DNA of 64,000 bases from an uncultured Enterobacteriaceae bacterium (GTDB lineage Bacteria; Myxococcota_A; UBA9042). The stretch spans positions 130,527 to 194,526 of the forward strand of contig CAZPHC010000004.1 of assembly GCA_964586155.1 (NCBI GenBank), read 5' to 3'. Below are positions 15,689 to 24,986 of the stretch, piece after piece. The position numbers and the translations under genes are program-made. Within the stretch, counting starts at the first letter, position 1. Each line of letters opens with the position of its first letter. Under the pieces are notes generated by a model. It was not told the DNA's origin. It did no database searches and worked only from the letters and a program-made list of their open reading frames with translations.

Positions 15689-18427
15689 ATGCGTGATTGT
15701 CAGAACTTGTGCGCGACGGACGGGCAGGGGACGCGACGCATGCGCTGGCTGGCGCTGGTCGTCGTCCTGGGCTGGTCGACTGCGTGCGGCACAAGCGACG
15801 TGACGGTCGACGGGCCCAGCCTCGGCGGACCGGACGGGGCCAACCCGGGTGATGTCGTGGCCGGCGACGTCGCGGGCGGCGACGCCGGGGTCGATGGCGG
15901 CAAGGCGGACGTCGGCGACGCGAGCCCCTCCGACAGCACCAGCGACACCGGGACCCCCGGCGACACCGGCGGCGGCAAGCCCTGCCAGAGCGACATCGGC
16001 TGCATCGGCATGGCCGGCGAGTCGGCCTGCTCGAAGCCCCGCTGCCTCGGCGGGGTCTGCATGCTGGCCTCCGAGCCCAAAGGCGCGGCCTGTGATCTCG
16101 ACGGCCTGGAGCCGGGCCCCTGCCAGGTCGCGATCTGTGACGGCCTCGGCAAGTGCAACTTCGCGCCAGGCCCGAACGGCACGCCTTGCGCCGGCGACAG
16201 CTCGAGCGCGTGCGCCTCGGCTTGCCAGAACGGCAGCTGCCAGGCCGCCGGCGCGGCCGATGACGGCAATCCGTGTACCCAGGACGTCTGCGGCCCCGAC
16301 GGGACGATCCAGCACATCCCCCTGACCGACGCCAAGATCCCCTGCGATGACGGCGATCCGTGCACCGCCAACGAAGGTTGTGTCGCGGGCAGCTGCAAGG
16401 GCAAGTCCTCGACCTGCGACGACGGTATCGCCTGCACCATCGACTTCTGCGCTGCAGGCAAGGGCTGCGACCACCTGCCCGCGAGCGGCTTGTGCGACGA
16501 CGGCAACCCGTGCACGACGGCCGAGTGCGGTCCGCAAGGCTGCGTGTCCAAGGCGCTGGCCGGCGCCCCCTGCGATGATGGCAACACCTGCACCAAGGGC
16601 GAGACCTGCGGCGCAGACGGCGGCTGTGGCGCCGGCAAGAGCGTCTGCGACTGCAAGACCGCCCAGGATTGCAATGGCGGCAACCTCTGCCTGCAGTTCG
16701 CCTGCGTCGACGGCGCCTGCCTGGCCACGCCCGGCATCGACCCGTGCGCCGGCAAGCAGGGCAGCGAGTGCGGCGCGTACCTCTGCGATCCTGCGACCGG
16801 TGGCTGCGCGTTCAAGCCGCTCAAGGAGGGCAAGCCTTGCGACGACGGCAACGTCTGCACCGCCAACAGCGCGTGCAAGGGCGGCGCGTGCGTGGGCGGC
16901 GGCAGCATCCCCTGCGACGACGGCAACGCCTGCACCGCTGACGCCTGCGACGCCAAGGCAGGCTGCGTGAGCAAGCCGACGACCGGCGCTTGCAACGACG
17001 GCAGCCCGTGCACCGTCAACGACGTCTGCTCGGCCGCCGGCTGCTACGGCAAGATCAAGGATTGCGCCGACGATCAGCCGTGCACCGCAGACAGCTGCGA
17101 CGGCAACACCGGCGCCTGCGTGCACAGCCCGGATCCGAGCTGCCCGACCGACCAATGCAAGACCAACGCCGACTGTCCGCAGCCCGGCGCGCTCTGCAGC
17201 GAGGCGGTGTGCAAGGCCGGGACCTGCGTGGTCCAGGCCGTCCCGGGCTGCATCTCGGGCTGCAAGGACAACGCCTCCTGCGCCGACAACGATCCCTGCA
17301 CGGTCGATACCTGCAGCATCACGGGCACCACCGGGGTGTGCAAGCACGCCAAGGATCCGAACTGCGCCGTCGGCTGCCAGAGCGACGCGGCTTGCGACGA
17401 CAAGAACGCCTGCACCAAGGACGCCTGCCAGGTCTCAGCCGACGGCACGCAGAGCTGCATCCACGTCCAGATTCCGGGGTGTGGCACCACCGGATGTGGC
17501 CCCGACGGCGGCTGCGACGACAACGACCCCTGCACGACCGACGCCTGCAGCAACGGCCAATGCGTCCACAAGCCCAAGGCCTGTGACGATGGCAACGCCT
17601 GCACCAACGACGGATGCACCGGCGGCAAGTGCAGCTACGGCAGCAAGGTCTGCAACGACAACAACGTCTGCACCTACGACGCCTGCGACGTGCTCAGCGG
17701 CAAGTGCGTGTTCGCGCCGATCTTCGGCTGCGGTGGCGCGTGCAAGTCGACGTCGGATTGCGTCGACAACAACAGCTGCACCAACTCGTACTGCGCAGGC
17801 GGCAGCTGCACCAGCACGCCCAAGGTCTGCAACGACAACAACGCCTGCACCTACGACCAATGCAACCCCCTGACGGGGGCCTGCGTCTTCGCGCCGATCC
17901 CGGGGTGCAACAACGGCTGCAAGGTCAAGGCCGACTGCGACGACGGCGATCCCTGCACCTACGACAACTGCTCGACCTTCAATGGCACTTGCACCAACTC
18001 GAAGATCGGCAACTGCGATCCGACGGCGCCCAAGTGCAAGGTCACGGCCGATTGCAACGACAACAACCCGTGCACCACCGACAATTGCTCGTCGCTGACT
18101 GGCTTGTGCAGCTTCTACAAGGTGCCGAACTGTCTGATCGACGCGCCGTGCAAGTCCGACGGCGACTGCAACGACAAGAACGCCTGCAGCACCGACAAGT
18201 GCATCTCGGGCAAGTGCAAGATCACGCCGATCACGTGCGAGGACTTCAACCCTTGCACCAACGACTACTGCCAGAGCAGCAACGGCGCCTGCATCCATAC
18301 GCAGAAGCCCGGCTGCTTCAACGAGACCTGCACGACCGACGCCAACTGCGACGACCAGAACAAGTGCACCAAGGACCTGTGCCTGTTCGGCTCGTGCCAG
18401 CACATCCAGGAACCGGGCTGCAAGTAG
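15689..18427 (+). CDS. Secreted cysteine-rich repeat protein (~20 x DDGNxCTxDxC-type repeats), 912 aa
   Basis: Start at M30 with GGAGG 5 nt upstream. RR-containing signal (TRRMRWLALVVVLGWSTAC). The CxDDGNPCT / CDDGDPCT / CNDNNACTYDxC unit repeats about 20 times. Strong GC3 bias. Confidence 0.7.
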   Translation: MRDCQNLCATDGQGTRRMRWLALVVVLGWSTACGTSDVTVDGPSLGGPDGANPGDVVAGDVAGGDAGVDGGKADVGDASPSDSTSDTGTPGDTGGGKPCQSDIGCIGMAGESACSKPRCLGGVCMLASEPKGAACDLDGLEPGPCQVAICDGLGKCNFAPGPNGTPCAGDSSSACASACQNGSCQAAGAADDGNPCTQDVCGPDGTIQHIPLTDAKIPCDDGDPCTANEGCVAGSCKGKSSTCDDGIACTIDFCAAGKGCDHLPASGLCDDGNPCTTAECGPQGCVSKALAGAPCDDGNTCTKGETCGADGGCGAGKSVCDCKTAQDCNGGNLCLQFACVDGACLATPGIDPCAGKQGSECGAYLCDPATGGCAFKPLKEGKPCDDGNVCTANSACKGGACVGGGSIPCDDGNACTADACDAKAGCVSKPTTGACNDGSPCTVNDVCSAAGCYGKIKDCADDQPCTADSCDGNTGACVHSPDPSCPTDQCKTNADCPQPGALCSEAVCKAGTCVVQAVPGCISGCKDNASCADNDPCTVDTCSITGTTGVCKHAKDPNCAVGCQSDAACDDKNACTKDACQVSADGTQSCIHVQIPGCGTTGCGPDGGCDDNDPCTTDACSNGQCVHKPKACDDGNACTNDGCTGGKCSYGSKVCNDNNVCTYDACDVLSGKCVFAPIFGCGGACKSTSDCVDNNSCTNSYCAGGSCTSTPKVCNDNNACTYDQCNPLTGACVFAPIPGCNNGCKVKADCDDGDPCTYDNCSTFNGTCTNSKIGNCDPTAPKCKVTADCNDNNPCTTDNCSSLTGLCSFYKVPNCLIDAPCKSDGDCNDKNACSTDKCISGKCKITPITCEDFNPCTNDYCQSSNGACIHTQKPGCFNETCTTDANCDDQNKCTKDLCLFGSCQHIQEPGCK

Positions 18428-18529
18428 CGTGACATCGCATCCCCGGGGGCAGCCGGGCGCGGCGGCGACGTCGCAGGCGCCGGGCTGTCGAGGTCGGGAT
18501 CAGCGAGGCGAGGCGAGGGCGCGTCGCGA

Positions 18530-20926
18530 CTAGAGCGCGGTGCCGCCCGGGTAGCCGTAGCTGACGTAGTTGTCGTAGCCGTAGATGACGGTGCCGACGG
18601 GCTCGCTGGACTCGATGGTGTGGGTGCCGGGCGCGACGGCGATGCGCGCCGCCTTCCACTGGCCGCTGCCGAAGATCGAGAAGGCGCTCGGCGCCACGGG
18701 CTGGCCGTCGAGCAAGATCGCCGCGCCCTTGGGGCCCATGACGTTGACGTAGTTCTCCTTGTACTTGTCCGGCACCAGGAAGACGTACTGGCTCAGGTAG
18801 CGGTTGGTCGACACCGCGAGCATGAACGCAGGGTCGCCGATCTTGGCGTCGTCGATCTGCTTGATGTTCGGGCAGTCGGCGTTCTTCTGGCAGGTGATGG
18901 GCTCGCCGAGCGACGTGAAGTACTGCTCGCAGACCTTGCTGCCCGAGAACTTGGCGGTGCACGTGTCGTTGTTCGCGTCCGGCGCGTTGGCGCTGGCCAT
19001 GAACTGGCCGACCATCACCGGCTTGTTGGCGATGAGCACGAAGTCGCTGCTCGACTCGAACTCCACCCACTCGCCGCGGTTGAGCTTCGGCAGCACGCCC
19101 TGGGGCGGGTCGGTGCTCATGACGGTGTTGTCCTCGGACGCAAGCACGCGCCAGACGTCCTTCTCGGCGCCGCGGGCCTTGAGCTTGGTCGCCAGGTACG
19201 ACGTGCCCCAGGTGTTGATCGGGAAGAGCTGCTCCTCGAGGTGGTCGGCGCAGCAGGTCACCGGGCAGTCGGCGTTGCTGGTGCACGGCCAGCCCTGGAC
19301 GACGCAGGCGCCCTGGGTCGCGCCCGGCTGGATCAGGCAGGTGTTGGTGTCCGGGACGTTGCTGCCCTCGGAGCCGCCGAAGACCGCGATGGGCTTGCTG
19401 CCCTTGATCCAGGTGCCCGTCAGGTCGGCGCCGAGCTCGTTGGTCTCGAGGTTGAGGACCTCGCCCTGCTTGAGCGAGAGCTTGATGACCTCGCCCTTGG
19501 ACAGGCTCGGGATCCCCTTGCCGGCCAGGGTCTTGCAGCTGGCCTTGAGCTCGATGTCGGTCGTGCCCTCGTTGACCGCGACGACCGTCAGGGCGCCGCG
19601 CAGGTTGTTGAAGTTCTGCTGCCGCGACATCACGAAGTACTCGTTGCCGAGGCCATTGGCGGGCAGCAGCAGGCTCGCGTCGTTGGAGAACACGCCGACA
19701 TTGCCGAGCGGGTTGAACTGGTAGGCGACGATCGGCACGTTCGACTTGATGCGGTAGGCGTTCGGGCCGATGCCGGTGCCGTCGACCTGGATCGGCGCAG
19801 GAAGGCCCCAGGCCACGTCCGGCAGGTCGAGCACCTTGAGCGCCTTGGGCGGGATGATGAAGCTCGTCGACTTGCCGGTGCTGGTGACGACCGTGACCGT
19901 CGCGGCCTTGGGCCGGGTGTTCGAGATGATCACGCTGTACTGCTGGTTCTGCGCGTCGCAGAGCTTCGGCCCGCACGGCACCTGGGCGTTGTCGAGGTCG
20001 ACGGCCCAGTAGTCACAGCCGACGTTGGTGTTGCTCTTGACGTCGGCGCCGCACGGGTCGACGCAGAGGCCGCCGAGGCAGCCCAGGTCCTTGGCCGCGC
20101 AGTCGTTGACGACGTCCCAGCCGGAGCCATCGGGGCGGCAGGCCATCGCCTTGCCGTTCTCGCAGACCTTGAGGCCGCCGGTGCAGATCTGGCACTGGCC
20201 CTCCTGGCACACGGTCTCACCGCCGCACGAGAGCACGAAGTCGGCGTCGGTGCCGCTGCTGTTGCACTTCAGCACCGCCTTGCTGTCTTTCTTGCCGGCC
20301 GCCGGCGGCGCGCAGAACGTGGTGTCGGGCTTGCAGAGCGCACAGGTACCGCCGACGCAGAAGGGCGCGCCGTCGGGGCAGGCGGCGAGGTCCCAGCCCT
20401 TGCCGTCGGCCTTGCAGGTGGCGAGGAAGGCGCCCTGGCATTCGGTGCTGCCGGCCTTGCACGAGACGTCGACGCATTGGTAGCCCTTGCAGATCGTGCC
20501 GCCCTTGCAGTGGCTGTCGACGATGCACGGCACGCACTGGCCATCGAGGATGTTGCAGTACGGCGTGGCCGGGTGCGGGTTGCAATCCGACGGCTTGCCA
20601 CAGATCGGCGCGGGCTTGCCGGTGTCCTGCGGCGTGGTGTCCTCGGCGCTGGCGGTGTCAGCCGCCGCCGTGTCGGCCGCCGCGGTGTCCTCGGCGCCAG
20701 CCGTGTCGACGAGCGAGGCGTCGTCGCCGCCAGCGCTGTCCTGGGTGCCGCTGGCCGAGTCGGCGAGATCGGCGGTGTCTGCCGTCGTGGCGGTGTCGAC
20801 CTGACCGGCGCCGCTGTCGCTGATGACGAAGCCGCCGCCGGTGTCGGCCGCGCCGTTGTTGGTGGGCTGGCTGCACGCCGCCAAGGCGAGGATGGCGCAC
20901 CAGACCCAGGGTTCCCGTCGCAGCAT
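18530..20926 (-). CDS. Large lipoprotein with Cys-rich N-terminal region and conserved beta-rich C-terminal region; paralog of 53845..55896
   Basis: Lipobox ILALAAC (start M15). A D/T/A-rich linker is followed by EGF-like Cys pairs, then blocks shared with the paralog: NVGCDYWAVDLDNA, VAYQFNPLGN, CCADHLEEQLFPINTWGTSYLA, C-terminal YGYPGGTAL. Confidence 0.7.
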   Translation of the reverse strand: MLRREPWVWCAILALAACSQPTNNGAADTGGGFVISDSGAGQVDTATTADTADLADSASGTQDSAGGDDASLVDTAGAEDTAAADTAAADTASAEDTTPQDTGKPAPICGKPSDCNPHPATPYCNILDGQCVPCIVDSHCKGGTICKGYQCVDVSCKAGSTECQGAFLATCKADGKGWDLAACPDGAPFCVGGTCALCKPDTTFCAPPAAGKKDSKAVLKCNSSGTDADFVLSCGGETVCQEGQCQICTGGLKVCENGKAMACRPDGSGWDVVNDCAAKDLGCLGGLCVDPCGADVKSNTNVGCDYWAVDLDNAQVPCGPKLCDAQNQQYSVIISNTRPKAATVTVVTSTGKSTSFIIPPKALKVLDLPDVAWGLPAPIQVDGTGIGPNAYRIKSNVPIVAYQFNPLGNVGVFSNDASLLLPANGLGNEYFVMSRQQNFNNLRGALTVVAVNEGTTDIELKASCKTLAGKGIPSLSKGEVIKLSLKQGEVLNLETNELGADLTGTWIKGSKPIAVFGGSEGSNVPDTNTCLIQPGATQGACVVQGWPCTSNADCPVTCCADHLEEQLFPINTWGTSYLATKLKARGAEKDVWRVLASEDNTVMSTDPPQGVLPKLNRGEWVEFESSSDFVLIANKPVMVGQFMASANAPDANNDTCTAKFSGSKVCEQYFTSLGEPITCQKNADCPNIKQIDDAKIGDPAFMLAVSTNRYLSQYVFLVPDKYKENYVNVMGPKGAAILLDGQPVAPSAFSIFGSGQWKAARIAVAPGTHTIESSEPVGTVIYGYDNYVSYGYPGGTAL

Positions 20927-21020
20927 GGCCCGCACTCCTGTCGATTCGCGGCCGGTCTGACCGTGCAATCGCGGAAGCGTAGCGTTTTGGCAGCCGTCTC
21001 GCCAGCGTCAGTGCGAACGG

Positions 21021-24000
21021 TCAACTGCGCATGGTTTCGGCGACGGTGACGGCCGAGATGTCGTCGCCGATCGCGCCCTCGACCTCGTCGAGCGTGGCGC
21101 TGGCGGACTCCTCCATGCGCGCGTTGCCGGTCTCGCGCGCGATCGCGACGGCCTCGCTCGCGGCCGAGAGCGCCCCGGCCAGGTTGCCCCGGCGCAGGCG
21201 ACACAGCGCCAGCAGGCGCAGCGTCTCGGGCAACAGGTCGAGCGCCGCCATCTTGCGCATCGCGACCTCGGCGGCGGCCAGCTCGACCTGGGCCGCCTCG
21301 ATCTGGTTGCGATCGAGCAGGACGTTGCCCAGGTTGGTGCGCGCCGCCGTCAGGCCCTGGACGTAGGCGATCGCCTCGCAGGCCTCGACCGCGCTGCGGT
21401 AGTGCCGCTCGGCTGCGCCGAGGTCCTTGCCGACGTAGGCCGCGTTGCCGAGCGAGACCAAGGCCATCGCCGCGCCGATCCGGTCACCGCCGCGGGCGAA
21501 GCGTGACGACGCCGCGGCGTAGCGGGCCGACGCGGCGGCCAGATCCCCGGCCCTGGTCGCGAGGTGCCCGAGCACCGTCTCGATGCGGCCGATGCTGTTC
21601 TCGATGTCCGGGGTCGCCGGCGCGGTGGCGAAGCGCCGCAGCGCTTCGGTGGCGAGCAGCTCGGCGGCCTTGGCGTCGCCGCTGCGCAGCAGGACCATCG
21701 CGTGCCGCGCGGTGGCCAGCGCGGCGAGGCCCGCGCCGATGATGCCGCGGCCATGGACGCTCTGCGCGCGTCGGAAGGAGCTGATGGCGCTGTCGTACTC
21801 GCCGCGGCGCATCGCCACGTCGCCACGGACGATCTGGGCGCGGGCGCGGGCGTACTCGCCGGTCGTGCTGGGCACGGCGTCCGCGAGCTGTTCTGCAGCG
21901 CTGCCAGCGGTCGCCGCGTCGTCGAGCGCTCCGATCTGGGCGCCGAGCTCGCCGCGCAGCAGCAGGGCCTCGAGCAGGACGCCTCGCGCTTCTTCGACGG
22001 CCTCGGCGCCGAGCCAATCGCGTGACGTCTCGATCGCCGTGCCGAGGGCCTCGAATGCCTCGCGGTTGGCGAGCGCGCGCATCGACTCCTGGGCGCTCTT
22101 GAGCAAGAAACGGCTGGCCTGGGCCAGGTCGCCAGCGCCGAGGTAGTGCCGCGCCAGCAGCGTGCCGAAGCCGGGCGGCCGCTGGCCCTTCCAGGCCAGG
22201 AGCCATTGGCCGGCGCGCTCGTGCATCTCGCGGCGGCGCGCCTCGGGCAATGCAGCGGCGACGACCTCAGCGACCATGCCTTGGCGCAGGGCGACCTCAC
22301 GCTGACCAGCGAAGCGCGCCGGCGCGACGACCCGGAGCTGGCCCGCCAGCACCAGGGCTTCGAGTTCCTCGGTCGCGATCGAGCGGTCGAGGATGGCGCT
22401 GACGAGGTCCTGGGGCGTCGCGTCGCCGACCAGCGCGACGGCCTCGACGATGCTGCGCTCGGCGGGCGGCAGCCGGCCGATGCGCTCGAGGACCAGCGCG
22501 ATCAGGCCGCGTTCCAGGGCGCTGTCCACCGCGGCCAGCGAGTGGACGTCGAAGCCGTCGCCGTCGGCGCGCAGGGCCCCGGCGCCGATCAGCGCCTCGA
22601 CGGCCTCCTCGAGCATCGCCGGACGGCCTCCGGCGAACTCGTGCAGTCGTGACGCCATCGCCGCAGGGACGGCGACACCGCCGAGCAGCTCGGCGACCAG
22701 GTCCCGGCTGGCGGTCGCGTCCAGAGCCGCCACGTCGACGACGCTGAGCCGACTGCCCGACACCGGCAGGGCGTCGAGCAGCGACGAGGAGCCCGCGGTG
22801 GTCATCGTCAGGGCGATCAGCACCGGCTCTGCGCTGAGCTCGCGCATCAGGTGGGCCAGCAGGGCGAGACTCTGCGGCCGGGCAAGGTCGGCGTCGTCGA
22901 TGGCGATGACCAGGGGGCCGTCCGCCATCGCGCCGCGCACGAACGCCGTATAGGCGTCGAACGCCGCGGTCTCCTCGGCGTCGGTGGCGGGCCGCACCGC
23001 GCGCAGCTCGACCGTGCGATCGGCGCCGGCGCCGTGCAGGCGCAGCAGCGAGTCGACGTGGCGTCGGGCGCGCTCGGGCCCCTCGGCCTGCAGCGCCGGC
23101 AGGTTGCCCAGCAGCGACGCGAGCGGCGTGCGCGGCGGCGCGGCGGGCAACTCGGCCCGCATCAAGTCGACGAAGGGCTGCCAGGGCGAGGCCGCCAGCG
23201 CGCCGCAGCTCGTCGCGAGGATCCGCCACGATTGGCCCTTGAGCTGGTCGATCGCTTCGGCCAGCACCCGGCTGCGGCCGCTGCCGCGCTCGCCGACCAG
23301 GGCCGCCACGGCGAGGCCACGGCGGCGGGTGCAGTTGCGCGCGGCGCCCAGGATCTCGTCGAGGACGTCGTGGCGGCCGACCAGGGGCACGCGGTCCCGC
23401 GACGATTCGCCCCGCGCCGCCAGGCTGTCGCGCTTGCGGCCGACGCGGACGAAGGGCTCGGCCGGGTCGCCGTGGAAGCGACGTCGCAGCTCGCGCCACG
23501 CCGTCGCGTCGCAGAGGATCTGGCCGGCGCTGGCGGCCGCCGCGGCGCGGGCGGCGTCGATCGGCGTGCCGAGCAACGCCACCTGGCCCCAGGCCGACGC
23601 CTGGCCGCGGGTCGCCAACGGGCCGAGGCCCAGGCCCACGCCGAAGTCCAACAGCTCGTCGCCCGACGCAGCGTGGCGGTCTTCGGCGTCGCGCAGCCAG
23701 GCGCGCGCAGCGTCGACCGCCGCCTCGACCTCGCCGTCGCGCATGCCCCCGAGGCCAAACGCCGCGACGCATTCGCGGCCGACCGTCGCCAGCGTGCGGC
23801 CGCCCTCGCGCTCGACCAGCGAGGCGAAGCGACCGGCGAGCTGCACCGCGTCGGCTGCAGGCAACCGGGCGACGAGCACGGCCGCCACCATCGAGCGCGG
23901 CCCTGCGTCCGCGTCGTCGAGCAGCCAGCGCCCCGGCGCGCGCAGGCTGGTGCCGCAGGCGGCGCAGAACCAGCGTTCACCGTTGCGCCGCGTGTTGCAG

Positions 24001-24986
24001 GCCGGGCACGACAGCAGCGGCAACGGCGCGCCGCAGGCGTTGCAGAAGCCAGCGTCGCCGGGGTTGCGATGGTCGCAGACCGGGCAGCTGCAGCCTGCGC
24101 CCGACGAGGACGCCAGGCCGCCGACGGCCTCCAGCAGCGCGTCGGCGAACTCGGTCACGGTGGCGTAGCGGTCGTCGGCGCTCTTCTGCAGCGCCTTCTG
24201 CAGCACGGCGTCGAGCGCAGCCCGCACGCCGGATTCGACGCCATCGAGCGACGGCAGGTGCGCCGGAGCGTCGACCAGGTGCGCGATCAGCAGCGCCTGG
24301 GTGCCCTGGCGCCAGATCGGCATCGCGCCGGTGAGCATGCGGTAGACCAGGACGGCGAGGGCGTATTGGTCGGCGCGACCGTCGATGGCTCCACCCTGGA
24401 TCTGCTCGGGCGGCATATACGCTGGGGTGCCGAGCAGCCTGGCCTTGGCGCTGACCTCGCTGTCGCGCGCGGACTCGGCGAAGACCCGCGCGAGGCCGAA
24501 ATCTGCGACCTTTGCGATCATGCCGCCCGAGGCCAACCGGCGCAGCAGCACGTTGCCGGGCTTGATGTCGCGATGGATGATGCCCAACGCGTGTGCCTCG
24601 GCGAGCGCCGACGCGATCTGGCGGCCGATGTGGATCGCCTCGTCCACGGCGAGTCGACCACGGCGGACCAGCAGCTCGTCGAGGTTCTCGCCCTCGACGA
24701 ACTCCATCGCCAGGTACCAGCTCTCGTCGAGGCGACCGAAGCCGAGGATGCCGACCACGTTGGGGTGCGCGATGCGCCCGAGCAGGCGGGCTTCGCGCTG
24801 GAACCGCGCGCCGGCTTCGGCGTCGCCGACCATGTCGCCGTGCAGGACCTTGACCGCCACCCGCCGCTCGAGCCGGATGTCGCGGGCGACGTAGACGCGC
24901 CCCATGCCGCCATGCGCGAGGAAGCGCTCGATCTCGTAGGTATCCGCGACGCACGCGCCGTCGGGCAGGGTCTCGTCGCGCGTCAT
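21021..24986 (-). CDS. Ser/Thr protein kinase fused to double zinc-ribbon, degenerate cyclase-like domain, AAA/NTPase (STAND-like) and TPR repeats, 1321 aa
   Basis: Start at M276 of ORF 21021..25811 (MTRDETLPDG). Hanks kinase motifs HRDIKPGNVLL and DFG are present. Two CxxC pairs follow (CPVCDHR...CNACG, CPACNTR...CAACG). A Walker A-like GERGSGRSRVL and about 600 aa of TPR-like helices follow. The ATG overlaps the stop of the upstream gene (ATGA at 24983-24986). Confidence 0.85.
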   Translation of the reverse strand: MTRDETLPDGACVADTYEIERFLAHGGMGRVYVARDIRLERRVAVKVLHGDMVGDAEAGARFQREARLLGRIAHPNVVGILGFGRLDESWYLAMEFVEGENLDELLVRRGRLAVDEAIHIGRQIASALAEAHALGIIHRDIKPGNVLLRRLASGGMIAKVADFGLARVFAESARDSEVSAKARLLGTPAYMPPEQIQGGAIDGRADQYALAVLVYRMLTGAMPIWRQGTQALLIAHLVDAPAHLPSLDGVESGVRAALDAVLQKALQKSADDRYATVTEFADALLEAVGGLASSSGAGCSCPVCDHRNPGDAGFCNACGAPLPLLSCPACNTRRNGERWFCAACGTSLRAPGRWLLDDADAGPRSMVAAVLVARLPAADAVQLAGRFASLVEREGGRTLATVGRECVAAFGLGGMRDGEVEAAVDAARAWLRDAEDRHAASGDELLDFGVGLGLGPLATRGQASAWGQVALLGTPIDAARAAAAASAGQILCDATAWRELRRRFHGDPAEPFVRVGRKRDSLAARGESSRDRVPLVGRHDVLDEILGAARNCTRRRGLAVAALVGERGSGRSRVLAEAIDQLKGQSWRILATSCGALAASPWQPFVDLMRAELPAAPPRTPLASLLGNLPALQAEGPERARRHVDSLLRLHGAGADRTVELRAVRPATDAEETAAFDAYTAFVRGAMADGPLVIAIDDADLARPQSLALLAHLMRELSAEPVLIALTMTTAGSSSLLDALPVSGSRLSVVDVAALDATASRDLVAELLGGVAVPAAMASRLHEFAGGRPAMLEEAVEALIGAGALRADGDGFDVHSLAAVDSALERGLIALVLERIGRLPPAERSIVEAVALVGDATPQDLVSAILDRSIATEELEALVLAGQLRVVAPARFAGQREVALRQGMVAEVVAAALPEARRREMHERAGQWLLAWKGQRPPGFGTLLARHYLGAGDLAQASRFLLKSAQESMRALANREAFEALGTAIETSRDWLGAEAVEEARGVLLEALLLRGELGAQIGALDDAATAGSAAEQLADAVPSTTGEYARARAQIVRGDVAMRRGEYDSAISSFRRAQSVHGRGIIGAGLAALATARHAMVLLRSGDAKAAELLATEALRRFATAPATPDIENSIGRIETVLGHLATRAGDLAAASARYAAASSRFARGGDRIGAAMALVSLGNAAYVGKDLGAAERHYRSAVEACEAIAYVQGLTAARTNLGNVLLDRNQIEAAQVELAAAEVAMRKMAALDLLPETLRLLALCRLRRGNLAGALSAASEAVAIARETGNARMEESASATLDEVEGAIGDDISAVTVAETMRS

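Noticed and set aside
14504-17347. Upstream 948 aa of the 1232-aa minus ORF 13649..17347
   Set aside because: Only the last 284 aa form a coherent crotonase with an RBS. The remainder is Ala/Arg/Gly antisense of the + strand lipoprotein and Cys-rich repeat genes.
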